From contig CATNEN010000029.1 of NCBI GenBank assembly GCA_950097015.1, forward strand, positions 806,001 to 870,000: DNA of 64,000 nt, written 5' to 3'. The notes under the pieces were generated by a model. That model was not told where the DNA came from, ran no database searches, and saw only the letters and a program-made list of their open reading frames with translations. Below are positions 1 to 35,760 of the stretch, piece after piece (within the stretch, counting starts at the first letter, position 1; each line of letters starts with the position of its first letter). A program made the position numbers and the translations under genes. This DNA is from Macrostomum hystrix (Eukaryota > Animalia > Platyhelminthes).

Positions 1-544
1 CTAATTTGTCCCTAGAAACGCTCAAATGTATGTGTTCAGCCGCTAACTCACTCTGATTCTTCAGCGGGGTAAACTATAAAGCTACTCTAGGAACTATTAG
101 CTAGAGCACACAGGTTCAGTAGAAGGTTTCTTGTCACGGAATCCTTGCTGGCTCTGGTTTTGTTGCTCGACCGATTATGCTTGTACTTTAATTTATATTG
201 TACCGTTCTGATTGAGCCCGCATATTTTGTCATCTCAGTTTCAAACTATTTGCTCTTAGCTCCTGTCATTAGCTTTTTAGAATTTGTCCATTCATTTATT
301 GTCTTTGGTTTTCTGTTGCCGCGACCTTCAGTCTCTCTCTAGACTCAGCCTTAGACTCAGAAGCCACAAAAACACAAGCAAAAAAGGTTTATCAGAGCTG
401 AATGTTTGCAAACTTTAAAATCAACAATTCGAGTATCAATAATAAAAATATTTAGTCATATTGCAAGAATTTAATTTATCAGTCACCGCTTTTGTATTTT
501 AAGGCCTTGTTTCCAATTGGGAGATGAGGATGAGGTAGTTGGTT

Positions 545-780
545 GAGGCGATGGGAGATGAGACGATGGGAGACGAGGCGATGGAAGATGAGGCGATGGG
601 AGATGAGGCGATGGGAGATGAGGCGATGGGAGATGAGGCGATGGGAGATGAGGCGATGGGAGATGAGGCGATGGGAGATGAGGCGATGGGAGATGAGGCG
701 ATGGGAGATAAGGCGATGGGAGATGAGACGATGGGAGATTAGGCGATGGGAGATCAGGCGATGGGAGATCAGGCGATGGA
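545..780. repeat. 15-bp minisatellite (GAGGCGATGGGAGAT), about 15 copies
   Basis: Read directly. Confidence 0.95.
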
Positions 781-915
781 AGTTCGCTCCCCTCAACTTC
801 CTCCGGAGGAGGAATTCAGCTCGTAAGGCCATATAAGTTTCAACGCTGAGTTGACAGTATTCTAGGAGGAGATATCGAAATGACAGACACACACACAGAC
901 AAACAACACGTGAAA

Positions 916-1555
916 GGGGGCGAGTAGGTCAGCGGCTAGCGTCGCTGCCTCGCACTCCAATGGACGCTAGTTCGATTCTCCCTACAAGTCACGATTAATT
1001 TCGGGACTTGTTGGAGGGTTTGGACAGTAGCGACCGGCGGAGGTGCACCATATTTCGTGCAATTAAGCTTGAAATAATAGCTTCGCTCCTACCTTTCTGT
1101 GTGCCTGTTCTGCGTTGTGTGAGTTGTGTGCGTTGGAGCTGGGCGTGAGGCCTTGCGGGGGTGGCTGGGGCCGTGTGTCTGCTGACACTAGTGTTATTAG
1201 TGCATTCTATTGAATTAATGGACGGGTGTACACCGCCGCGTGCTTTCTGGATTTCCGTCAGCGCGATTGGATAAGCGTACACTCATCACCCGCCCACCCC
1301 CCCTGAGGACTGATTTCATATCAGCATTCCGCCCCGGCTTGGTCTGCTCTGTGCGTGTTGGGCTGGTGGGGGTGGGGGGCACTGCTGCCTATTCTGGGTG
1401 CCTCCTGCCCTCCCCGGCTGGTCTGTGCTGCTGTGTGTCGTGCCTGCTCAGGGGAGGCGGCGCGATGGGCGCTAAGCGCCTAGTTCGCCGGTCTGGGGGC
1501 GTGCCACTCCGTCGCTTGTGCGACAAGTGCCCCCTGCAAATAGATAGATAAGTAG
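916..1555 (+). mobile_element. tRNA-derived SINE, family A, full length with 14-bp target-site duplication
   Basis: A-box-like TAGGTCAGCGG 925-935; B-box GTTCGATTC 970-978; 3-prime tagatagataag tail; AACAACACGTGAAA at 902-915 and 1556-1569; homologous copy at 26376. Confidence 0.8.
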
Positions 1556-1585
1556 AACAACACGTGAAAATTAGTATATTTAGAT

Positions 1586-1660
1586 GGGGGGTCAGTGGCA
1601 GAGCGGCTAACGCGTGTGCCCCACGTGAGCTCGATTCCGCGGCGAGGCCACATTCATTTG
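1586..1660 (+). mobile_element. tRNA-like SINE head fragment
   Basis: ggggggtcagtggcagagcggctaacgcg...gagctcgattcc: A-box-like and B-box-like motifs, no complete cloverleaf. Confidence 0.4.
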
Positions 1661-1685
1661 AATATGTCCTGAGTATGTATTGCTC

Positions 1686-1772
1686 TAAAATTCGTTAGAG
1701 CAATATGCTGAGTAAGTTATACATAAAAGAAGACAAGAAAACGTTTTTCTCAAAGCTGAAAAAGTAAATTAT
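1686..1772 (+). repeat. 87-bp direct repeat, copy 1 (identical copy at 3168-3254)
   Basis: taaaattcgttagagcaatatgctgag...aaaagtaaattat is identical at both sites. Confidence 0.9.
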
Positions 1773-1877
1773 TATCTACGCTACGCGGAGAGAAGGCTTG
1801 GGGGCTTGTCCTGCAATTTACGCCCTTGAGGGCCGACCTCCAAGGTAGAAAGTGTACTCTGCTTGACGATGAGAAAG

Positions 1878-2075
1878 ACATGGCAGATATGTACACACCT
1901 GTGTGAGCGTATGCCTGCGTACAGTATCTGTGTGCGTGTGTGCTCAGGAGTCAGCAAAATGGGCAGAATTGCCTCCTCGCTGGCTGTGGGTCTAGTGTCA
2001 GCACAAAATGATGTGCCATTTGCCCGCAGCCCTCCTGCAATTATTATTATTATTAATTATAATTTAATTTTAATT
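1878..2075 (+). mobile_element. Dispersed repeat family B, retroposon-like 3-prime end with (ATT)n tail
   Basis: Homologous to the reverse complement of about 51125-51285 (ggcagat.gtacacacctgtgtg..tgctcaggagt..ccctcctgcaatt). Confidence 0.65.
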
Positions 2076-3167
2076 TTTTTCTTTTTATTATTATAAGTAC
2101 ACCCAGTCCACTTAAGCCATATGTACATCTGTGTTGAGCCCATTGACTAGGAAGGCCACCAGAACCACCCTAATTTCTTTTATTTTCTTCAGAATTCAGT
2201 GTCTCGCTTAAGGATACAAATTGCCTCCCTTGGGCTCAGATCCGAACTCCTGATCTCCGACCTGGTCAGAAGTCCAAGCTCTAACTACTGGGCTGCAAGC
2301 TCCCTAATTGAAGATCGAGGAGATCAGGAGAGATGCTTAGCTGGAAAATCGAGGATGAAAGGCTTTTGTGGTTCTTCGTGGACCTCGCCAGCTGAGAGGT
2401 CTCGAGCGATTCTGAGAAGAGCCTCGACGACGAGATTTCAGCGGAGGAGTCTGGGGATGATGGAGATGCAGCTGAAGAACAGGTGATGACGCCGAAATAG
2501 CAAGGCGTGACTGAGGAGATGGATGCACGCGAAAACCTGGTGCGGCCTCTCTAGTGGAGTTGAGGGCCTGAATTATGGACGTCGACGTCTATAATGGAGT
2601 CGGTAGTTTCTTCTCCAAGCTCAATCATTACTGACCATCTATGAGAGATGTGCAGGCTTACCAAGCAATAATTTAAAATCAAGGAAAACTAGGAGTAGAA
2701 GGACGAGAAACTACATTTCTTAGAAAAAGTTTAAGTACTGTGCAGATTTAGCGACAGCTGTGTATTGATTGGAGCGGATCAAATGCTCGTCTAACAAATA
2801 TTTGTTTCCCTATTTATAGCTTCATCTACGCTAGTATTTCTCTCAAGCTTTATTTGTGAAATTTATTATTTTTATTTTCTCAGCATCACAACGCCTTTGC
2901 CTAAAAATACACTAAGCTCCTGAAACAAAACCAAAAGGAAATACAAGCCTTTTTTGCGTTCCCGGATCAGTGATCCACTAGTTTATTTATTGATAAATTT
3001 TCTAAAAAACTCTAAGCTAGACTCTTAGCATTATAACAAAAACCACAGGAGTAGCACTTCGCAAGCCTATAGAAGTCTAGTTTAAGTTCTTGCCTAATAA
3101 TTTCTTGTTTGCTTAGACTTTGCTTGCTTACTGGAGAAAATATATAGTATTCAGGAATAAAGCTTTG

Positions 3168-3254
3168 TAAAATTCGTTAGAGCAATATGCTGAGTAAGTT
3201 ATACATAAAAGAAGACAAGAAAACGTTTTTCTCAAAGCTGAAAAAGTAAATTAT
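3168..3254 (+). repeat. 87-bp direct repeat, copy 2
   Basis: Identical to 1686-1772. Confidence 0.9.
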
Positions 3255-3895
3255 GAGTCCATTTGAAGAGGAAGTAGAAACCACTGCGACGAACTCACAA
3301 CCAATTACTTAATATAATCTGAAACTCATATATGAAAATTTAGTAGCCCGTCCTGGCCGAGGCGTTGGTGTGGGTCACTTGGTCCTAACAGGAGGTTCTT
3401 TGTCTATTGCTAATTTTCACATTATTCACACCGTTCGGAACATACTGAAGAAAATATAACTATCTAGGCTCTATCTGGATGTACCAGACGTTAAGGTAAT
3501 AAGAAGTGAAGGTTCTTACCAGATTAAAAGTATAGATAAAGGGAACCCAAGTAATTCAAAGCATGTACATTTAATACATATTTGCTTATCTCTTATCCTG
3601 ATTGCAGGATGAGATCGTAAGATCGTAATCAACGACAAAGAAAACGCAGATTTAACGAAGGCACTAATTCAATTTTTTACGATATAAGAAACTGTGGAAT
3701 TACGTGACTTTTACTGTTGTGCGCAATCGAGTCGTGTGAGGTGTTTCATAACAGTTTGCTATTTGTCATGTTTTATTAACTAATATTTTGCGTTTAAGTG
3801 ATTTAAAATTGCAATTTCGAGCTATTAAAAAAATTATTTCTGCTGTGACAAACGGATTAAAATAAATTTTCGTTAGCGACTTAAAAGAATTAGTC

Positions 3896-27252
<23,357 letters not shown>

Positions 27253-28667
27253 CATGTCTCCTGAGCGGGCCCCGGCACATATCTTTGTCTGTCTGGTCTC
27301 TAATGTAGTGGCTGTTTATATTCGTTTTCTAATTTATTTTTTTCTTCGTTTTTCCGTTAACTATCCTCATCATAGTACTATAGCAATTGTTAATAACATC
27401 TCGATTCAATTTCTATTATTCTAGCAATTTTTCTCTTGTCTATCTCATCTCTCTGCCGTCAATCAATTTTAAATCGAATTCTTTTTTTCTTTAATTTATT
27501 CTAGAAAGACTTTTGTTTTGAACGATTTGACATTGTTTTTCTAGTTTCTTTGAAGAGCAGAAATGCGATCTAGTCGATCAATTCTATTTTTTTGACATAG
27601 TTAGCTGTTTTTTCAACCACCAGAACTCTATTTTTTCAGGAATAATCTTGTTTTTGCGAACTCAAGAATCCTTATCTGTGGCACATCTGCTAGGTGATGA
27701 GAGCTGAGTAGGTCATGGACAATTAAAAAATATTATTATCCCGAGATTAAATGATAATAATAATTATTATTATTAGAATAGGTGTAGCACCCATCCCATC
27801 AGTCCATGGACCATGGATTTGACATTGTTAATTCTAGACTCTACTTGTAACAAGGACCACCAGGAGTTGAATGAAGAGAAACAAAGATTCTTATAAAATG
27901 TTTTGGAGGCCGGCTTCTGCCGAAAATACGCTACGGAGATAAGATATTTTGACATATTCTGCACAAATTTAGTGACAGTGTCTGACTGATTGCGGATTAT
28001 AGGCTCTTACTTTGATATTAGTGATAGCTTCTTCTAAAATTCGTTAGTGCAACCTGTAAGTTAAATAAAAACAATCACAATTTTATTGTGGAAAAAAAAT
28101 GAAAAATAATCTCACATTATCTCCGTAGTGTGATTTTCGTAGGAAACCGCCTCCTAAACGCTTTCTAAGAAACGTTATTTTAAAAGTAGTTTAAGTACCT
28201 GTCAGCTGCTTATTATCTGCAAGTTCGCAAGCTATTCTAGTCTAAACATTTCACTAGCATATTCCAATGTTTTCGTCTTGTTGTACTGACTGTTGACTGC
28301 GTACATCTGTCATGTACGCAGCTTTTGCAAGACTTTATTGTAAACTCGTCATTGCTATTTATAAGCAAACGAAAGAAGCAATTTTATAGTCAACTCCGTT
28401 TTGTCGAGTCGCAAAAATCCTAGGAAACTATTTTACTCATCCTTTTTTGCGCCTAAATACAATCTCATCGTTTTCTGTGTTTTTAATTCCCAAATCAATG
28501 ACCGACTGCTCTCGTTAGGGTCTGCGATCCAGTTCGGTCCAAATATGTTGATTGAAATTGAAAAATCAGAACACTAGAGCTGTTATTTGCTTGCACTTCT
28601 CCCATTTTACTTCTCGACCATGAACATCTTGATGCGTTTTGTGTCAATGACTTCAGGTGAAGATCTA

Positions 28668-29108
28668 GGACACCAGGTGAATGTCTAGGATACCAGGTGA
28701 AGATCTAGGACACCAGGTGAATGTCTAGGATACCAGGTGAAGATCTAGGACACCAGGTGAATGTCTAGGATACCAGGTGAAGATCTAGGACACCAGGTGA
28801 ATATCTAGGACACCAGGTGAATATCTAGGACACCAGGTGAATGTCTAGGATACCAGGTGAAGATCTAGGACACCAGGTGAAGATCTAGGACACCAGATGA
28901 AGATCTAGGACACCAGGTGAATATCTAGGACACCAGGTGAAGATCTAGGACACCAGGTGAAGATCTAGGACACCAGGTGAATATCTAGGACACCAGGTGA
29001 AGATCTAGGACACCAGGTGAAGATCTAGGACACCAGGTGAAGATCTAGGACACCAGGTGAATATCTAGGACACCAGGTGAATATCTAGGACACCAGGTGA
29101 AGATCTAG
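28668..29108. repeat. 20-bp minisatellite (CACCAGGTGAAGATCTAGGA), about 22 copies, intergenic
   Basis: Palindromes CACC-A-GGTG and AGATCT. Confidence 0.95.
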
Positions 29109-29741
29109 TGACAGCTGACACGAATTCGCATCTCAGATACCCTGAGAAGGTCTGAAAATAACTTTGTGAGCACAAGCAGTCTATGTTAATATTATCTGAA
29201 TGTATTTCAGCTTTCTGTCTGCGTGATCACGCTGTTTAATTTTCCTTCTTTGCAATATCATTTGGCACAATTATTATTAATCTGCGATGCCTAATCGGTG
29301 TTTATACGAGCCGTAGAATTTAACTTGTCTCTTTCCATTTATCCTACTTGTGAGTAAGCTGTCGCGCGAATCACAGCTGCTATTTATCTGCCGCTGTTAG
29401 TCCAAGCGCCCCCCGTCAGGCCCCCGGAGCCTGTAAGTTCTTACTTCACTTTCCTTATATTTTCTATTATACAATTTTCTATTTATTGCGAGTCCAAGTG
29501 TTTGTTGTGCCTAATCGACCTCTAGTTTATGAAGTTGTGCATCTGTCATGTACGCAGAATTTATATATTATAATTGTCCTTTTGTGTGCTACGATAATAT
29601 TAATAATAAATTGATATCGCTAATCAAATGTTCTGTGTATCGATTCTATATTATATGTGTTCGATGCTATACAACCGGCTGCTAAATTACTGTCTCAATT
29701 TATTGAATGGGCCATACCCCATTATGATCCGCCACTGAAGG

Positions 29742-30926
29742 TTTAACTGACAAATTTCCAGATCCCAAGGCTTAACATTTCCAGATCCCCAAGGCTTAAC
29801 TAACAAATTTCCAGATCCCCAAGGCCTAACTAACAAATTTCCGGATCCCCAAGGCTTAACTGACGAATTTCCAGATCCCCAAGGCTTAACTAAAAAATTT
29901 CCAGATCCCCATGGCTTAACTGACGAATTTCCAGATCCCCAAGGCTTAACTAACAAATTTCCTGATCCCCAAGGCTTAACTGACGAATTTCCAGATCCCC
30001 AAGGCTTAACTGACGAATTTCCAGATCCCCAGGGCTTAACTGTCGAATTTCCAGATCCCCACGGCTTAACTGACGAATTTCCAGATCCCCAGGGCTTAAC
30101 TGACAAATTTCCAGATCCCCAAGGCTTAACTGATGAATTTCCAGATCCCCACGGCTTAACTGTCGAATTTCCAGATCCCCACGGCTTAACTGACAAATTT
30201 CCAGATCCCCAAGGCTTAACTGACGAATTTCCAGATCCCCAAGGCTTAACTGACAAATTTCCAGATCCCCAACACAAAGATGACACATTTCCAGATATCC
30301 AGCACACAGCTGACACATTCCCAGATATACAAAACACAGCTGACACATTCCCAGATATACAAAACACAGCTGACACATTTCCAGATATCCAACACAGCTG
30401 ACACATTCCCAGATATCCAAAACACAGCTGACACATTCCCAGATATCCAAAACACAGCTGACACATTCCCAGATATACAAAACACAGCTGACACATTCCC
30501 AGATATACAAAACACAGCTGACACATTCCCAGATATACAAAACACAGCTGACACATTCCCAGATATACAAAACACAGCTGACACATTCCCAGATATACAA
30601 AACACAGCTGACACATTCCCAGATATACAAAACACAGCTGACACATTCCCAGATATACAAAACACAGCTGACACATTCCCAGATATACAAAACACAGCTG
30701 ACACATTCCCAGATATACAAAACACAGCTGACACATTCCCAGATATCCAACACACAGCTGACACATTCCCAGATATACAAAACACAGCTGACACATTTCC
30801 AGATATCCAACACACAGCTGACACATTCCCAGATATACAAAACACAGCTGACACATTTCCAGATATCCAACACACAGCTGACACATTCCCAGATATCCAA
30901 CACACAGCTGACACATTTCCAGATCC
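29742..30926. repeat. Compound 30-bp minisatellites (CCAAGGCTTAACTGACGAATTTCCAGATCC, then ACACAGCTGACACATTCCCAGATATACAAA from about 30272)
   Basis: Read directly. Confidence 0.95.
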
Positions 30927-32094
30927 TTAAAATACCTCAGTAGATTGGATTAGATCTGGCATTTCTATTCTCATTGGAAAATGAGACCAACGCTAAAATT
31001 GGGTTTCATAGAACAACTCTTTCTAAGCCAGGTTTTTTATATGAATAAATCCTCAATCCTAAAAAATATTTTTCTGCTACTCATAGTAGCGCCACGCAGC
31101 GAAATTGTTAGCAAATCTAAGTGTTTGTGAACGCCTCTTGGCCCACAATAAGCCTGTTAGTTGCTTGTGCTGCAGACGAGTTTTTCTGCTGCAACGCATG
31201 GGCTGGGACTAGGGGAGTGCAGGCAACTAAGAGTGCAACCTTTTTCGGGAAGCTGAGAAGACAACGGCGGCGAAAGGAAAGGGCTGCGAGACAGGGGTGG
31301 TTTGGGAAGGCTGGAGAGGAAAATATTTATGGGAGAGAATAGAGTCAGGCCCTGCTGCATAATGAGTGAGGAAAAATGAGAGGGAGAGGACAGTTCTCCT
31401 GCTCTCCTGCCACCGAGGATAGAAAGGGAAGTCTGCGCTCGGCATGGGGAAAAACCCGACTGTCGCTAGGAGGACTGACAGAGGGGAATGGGGACTCGAG
31501 CAATGAGGCGTGAGAGAATGCAAGCAAAGAAGCGTTCCTTCCTTCTCTTCCACGATCCCAGCGAGAGTGCAGAGACCGGCCAGCCGCTGGAGTCCTCAGT
31601 CGCAGACGTGTACTCATCAGAGCTGCCATCAGTATTTGGGCTGCTCTACTCCTTCTCAAATGGGGGGATGGGGAGTTGCTATCCCTGTGTCTCGGGGGGG
31701 GGGCAATGACTGACAGTGTCGGGTACCGACCGTTAAAATTTTTTTGTCTGAGAACACTTTCACAATAAGTTATCAGACGGACATTGTTCAGAGAATTCAG
31801 GGACTTCAGGGGCGGAGTTATTTGTTATAAAATGTTTTCATTTGTACTAAGTCCATCAGCAGCCTTCTTCCCATCAAATATCCTAGTTTTATTATTCTTT
31901 ACATTCGAAGCGCACGAGGCGATGCGTGAGTATAGTGAGACAGCGAGGGACGGCAAGACAGAGATTGATATGATTTGCGAATGCTAATATAGAGACAGCC
32001 AAATGGCTGACACGATTTAAAAATATTAGAAAATGCTCCCTTATACTTCACTGCGTCCTTTTTCCAGAATTCAGCCCAGCCACGCAGACCTGTT

Positions 32095-32125
<31 letters not shown>

Positions 32126-32320
32126 GCCCCACCAACTTCTCCTCCATCGCTCTGCAACCAACGGTTACAAATAAACTCCCCCCTTGTCCTTCTCCTCCAC
32201 GAATGTATCCCCGTGCCCTTCTGTCCCCGAACTCCCCCATGCAATGTCCCTCGAAGGAGCCGCTCGCTTTACCCACCTCCGCCTCGGTGTCTCCGATATC
32301 CCCCTCCTCCCCCTAAATCG

Positions 32321-32354
32321 TGACGTCAGATGCAAATAAATCGGCTAAAAATAG
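32321..32354. promoter_or_regulatory. Candidate enhancer core: CRE + octamer + MEF2
   Basis: TGACGTCA 32321-32328, ATGCAAAT 32330-32337, CTAAAAATAG 32345-32354: three perfect consensus motifs within 34 bp. Function is inferred. Confidence 0.5.
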
Positions 32355-32654
32355 ATCGGCCGGCCTCTGGCCTCCACTGCGCGCTATTCGGTCTCTTCTC
32401 AGTTCTCACATGACGGCCAAAATTGACACCGGAGCCGGCTCTGGCCTTGATTGATGCCCGCAACCCTGGCGGACCGTGCACGCGCGCTCCATCATTCTCT
32501 GGGGTGACGGTGAAATTTACTGTACTTTACTTTTCTTTTCTACAGAGACTTACTTTTCTTACAGAGACTGTAGAAAAATGGTGCGAAATCCCTCATTTCA
32601 AAATCCCTCCCATCCACCCCATCTTTCGTAATCCGTCGCTTCAAAATCTCTTAA

Positions 32655-33325
32655 TTCACAATCCCCCAATTCACAATCCCCCAATTCACAATCCCCCAAT
32701 TCACAATCCCCCAATTCACAATCCCCAATTCACAATCCCCCAATTCACAATCCCCCAATTCACAATCCCCCAATTCACAATCCCCCAATTCACAATCCCC
32801 CAATTCACAATCCCCCAATTCACAATCCCTCAATTCACAATGCCTCAATTCACAATCCCTCAATTCACAATGCCTCAATTCACAATCCCTCAATTCACAA
32901 TCCCTCAATTCACAATCCCTCAATTCACAATGCCTCAATTCACAATCCCTCAATTCACAATGCCTCAATTTACGATCCCTCAATTCACAATGCCTCAATT
33001 CACAATGCTCCAATTCACAATGCCTTAATTCACAATCCAACAATTCATAATCCCTCAATTCACAATGCCTCAATTCACAATGCCCCAATTCACAATGCCT
33101 CAATTCACAATGCCCCAATTCACAATGCGTCAATTCACAATGCCCCAATTCACAATGCCTCAATTCACAATGCCTTAATTCACAATCCAACAATTCATAA
33201 TCCCTCAATTCACAATGCCTCAATTCACAATGCCCCAATTCACAATGCGTCAATTCACAATGCCCCAATTCACAATGCCTCAATTCACAATGCCCCAATT
33301 CACAATGCCTCAATTCACAATGCCT
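32655..33325. repeat. 15-bp minisatellite (CAATTCACAATSCCY), about 45 copies
   Basis: Read directly. Confidence 0.95.
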
Positions 33326-34939
33326 ACTATGCTACAAAATCGAAAGAATTCTGAAGAAACGATTAAGCTGTTTAAAGATAGATGGATTTACCGATGAACT
33401 TTTCACACTATATTTTTTAGATATATATTTGTACGTAAATATAGATATAACAGTTATGCATGTCATAGGTTTATGCGTGTGTGTTTTATGGATAAATAAG
33501 CAAACAAATAAATAAACAGACTTGCAATTGTCCATTAGACTTAAGCCATGTGTGGTCCTTGGTCTCATGCTTGAGTGAGTATACAGCCTAGCAACAAGCC
33601 ATCTGATCGAAATAGCTTAACTAAAAGATGGGAGCTCAGTTTTGCGTTGACAGGTCTAGCATAGCAGTTTAACAAAATATGACAATTCTTTGTTAAAATA
33701 AACCAAACACAGAAATACAGACAGAGAGACAGACACACGGACATTGTGTAGTTTTAGACAGTTATTTTTCTTACAGTCACGAAAATATGGAATCGCAATT
33801 ATATTATTTTTAATATCCCGGTGACTTTATATCGTTATTAAATATTAGATAGTTCAACTTATTTAATTCATAACGTCTCTGAAAGTACATTGTTTTGTCT
33901 GTCAACTGCCAGTTTTTTATTCATAATCAAAAGAATGCAATAAAGATCTGCATATATATATATATAGCAAAATATTCATTGTGCTATAAATATTTCGCTG
34001 TCTGTACATGATAGAAAAACACTAACATGGCTGACACTCCGGCTATCAATCTTATTGCTTAATAATATAATTAAATTGCATTACTATTGCTTGCTTTACC
34101 TTCTAGAACAAAAATATTGTACAGAGAAAGTATACAAACAAAATAAATATAGAAAATGGAACAAGGAATTATATAGTAGGTACTTAATTTACAATTGTAT
34201 TTTTTAAACCTAACACGCCCTTAAACATGTTCTAAAACAGTTTTTTATAAGTATGCATGGGTGCGGTACACTACAGTAACCATGCCTTTAGAAGAGGCAA
34301 ATAATTACATTAGAAGGTGGAGTCAGAGAGAGAGAGAGCTTTGAGAGAAAGAAAAAACTAAACGAGAAAAATGCGCCACTGTTTCAAATGACTTGAAAAG
34401 AAACTGTCTGACATTGCTGTTGCGTAAGATTGCGCAGTTTAACTAACTAACTAATAGGGACGCCAAGAATACAAAACTGTTGTGCGACAATACTTCAAGG
34501 GGAAATGACAACACAAATAAGCAAGCGCGCAGGCCAATTTGTCATGCGCGTGCTTCAATCGAAAGTCAGAAAATTAAAAGTATCAGTAAGAATAATTTCA
34601 AGCCACAATATAACTATATAGCTCGAAAATTATGATAAAATCATACATAATCTTGTAAAATCTAAAAAGAGAGATTTGAATCTTCGGTAATGCAAAATTG
34701 CGTGTGCAAATAAATCACTTTCTAGACAACAGACTAAAAACAATTTATTTAATCTATATGGGAATAAAACGCGAGAAGAATTGCTTGTAAACAGATACAA
34801 ATCAGACAATAAGAAACTACATACAAGCATGTCAGCGGCCAGGTACATAATTACGAGGAGGCAGAAGAACGTATGACCCGCTTCGAACAAGGATAGAAAA
34901 GGTCCGTAAGACTTCACTACTGACTAGAAATAGAAAGTC

Positions 34940-35598
34940 AGACCCCATCTCACTTTACACGGGGCAGAGAAGAAAGTCAGACCCCCACCTCACTCCACAC
35001 GGGGCAGAGAAGAAAGTCAGACCCCCACCTCACTCCACACGGGGCAGAGAAGGAAGTCAGACCCTCACCTCACTCGACATGGGGCAGAGAAGAAAGTCAG
35101 ACCCCAACCTCACTCCTCACGGGGCAGAGAAGAAAGTCAGACCCCCACCTAACTCCACACGGGGCAGAGAAGAATGTCAGACCCCCACCTCACTCCACAC
35201 GGGGCAGAGAAGGAAGTCAGACCCTCACCTCACTCGACATGGGGCAGAGAAGAAAGTCAGACCCCAACCTCACTCCACACGGGGCAGAGAAGAAAGTCAG
35301 ACCCCCACCTCACTCCACACGGGGCAGAGAAGAATGTCAGACCCCCACCTCACTCCACACGGGGCAGAGAAGGAAGTCAGACCCTCACCTCACTCGACAT
35401 GGGGCAGAGAAGAAAGTCAGACCCCAACCTCACTCCACACGGGGCAGAGAAGAAAGTCGTCAGACCCCACCTCACTCCACACGGGGCAGAGAAGAAAGTC
35501 AGACCCCCACCTCACTCCACACGGGGCAGGGAAGGAAGTCAGACCCTCACCTCACTCGACATGGGGCAGAGAAGAAAGTCAGACCCCCACCTCACTCG
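34940..35598. repeat. 40-bp minisatellite (GGGGCAGAGAAGAAAGTCAGACCCCCACCTCACTCCACAC), about 16 copies, just 3-prime of the DGK stop
   Basis: Read directly; related arrays at 37627-37862 and, inverted and diverged, at 39890-40030. Confidence 0.95.
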
Positions 35599-35760
35599 TC
35601 TCGGGACAGATTAGAAATCCATACAACTCACTTCACTCTGTACAGGTCAAAGATGTGTAAAAGTTTTGGGCCATGGTTTTGTACCAGAAAAAGTAAAACA
35701 TATTTTTGCAGTCCAGGCCAGCATCTATCATTGTCTTGGCAAAGTAAGATCCAATCAACG

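Noticed and set aside
916-990. Possible tRNA genes (also 1586, 6255, 26376, 46428)
   Set aside because: A/B boxes are present but no complete cloverleaf; where the flanks can be read they continue into SINE bodies with tails or TSDs.
2190-2640. GC-rich coding-like stretch after a strong acceptor
   Set aside because: Stops in the acidic frame and no recognisable domain; probably a decayed TE or pseudo-exon, so not annotated.
29687-30930. Several 200-400-aa repetitive ORFs
   Set aside because: Open in many frames because of 30-bp repeats; no unique coding flanks or splice support.
32423-33397. PQFTI/CELRH repeat ORFs
   Set aside because: 15-bp minisatellite artefacts.
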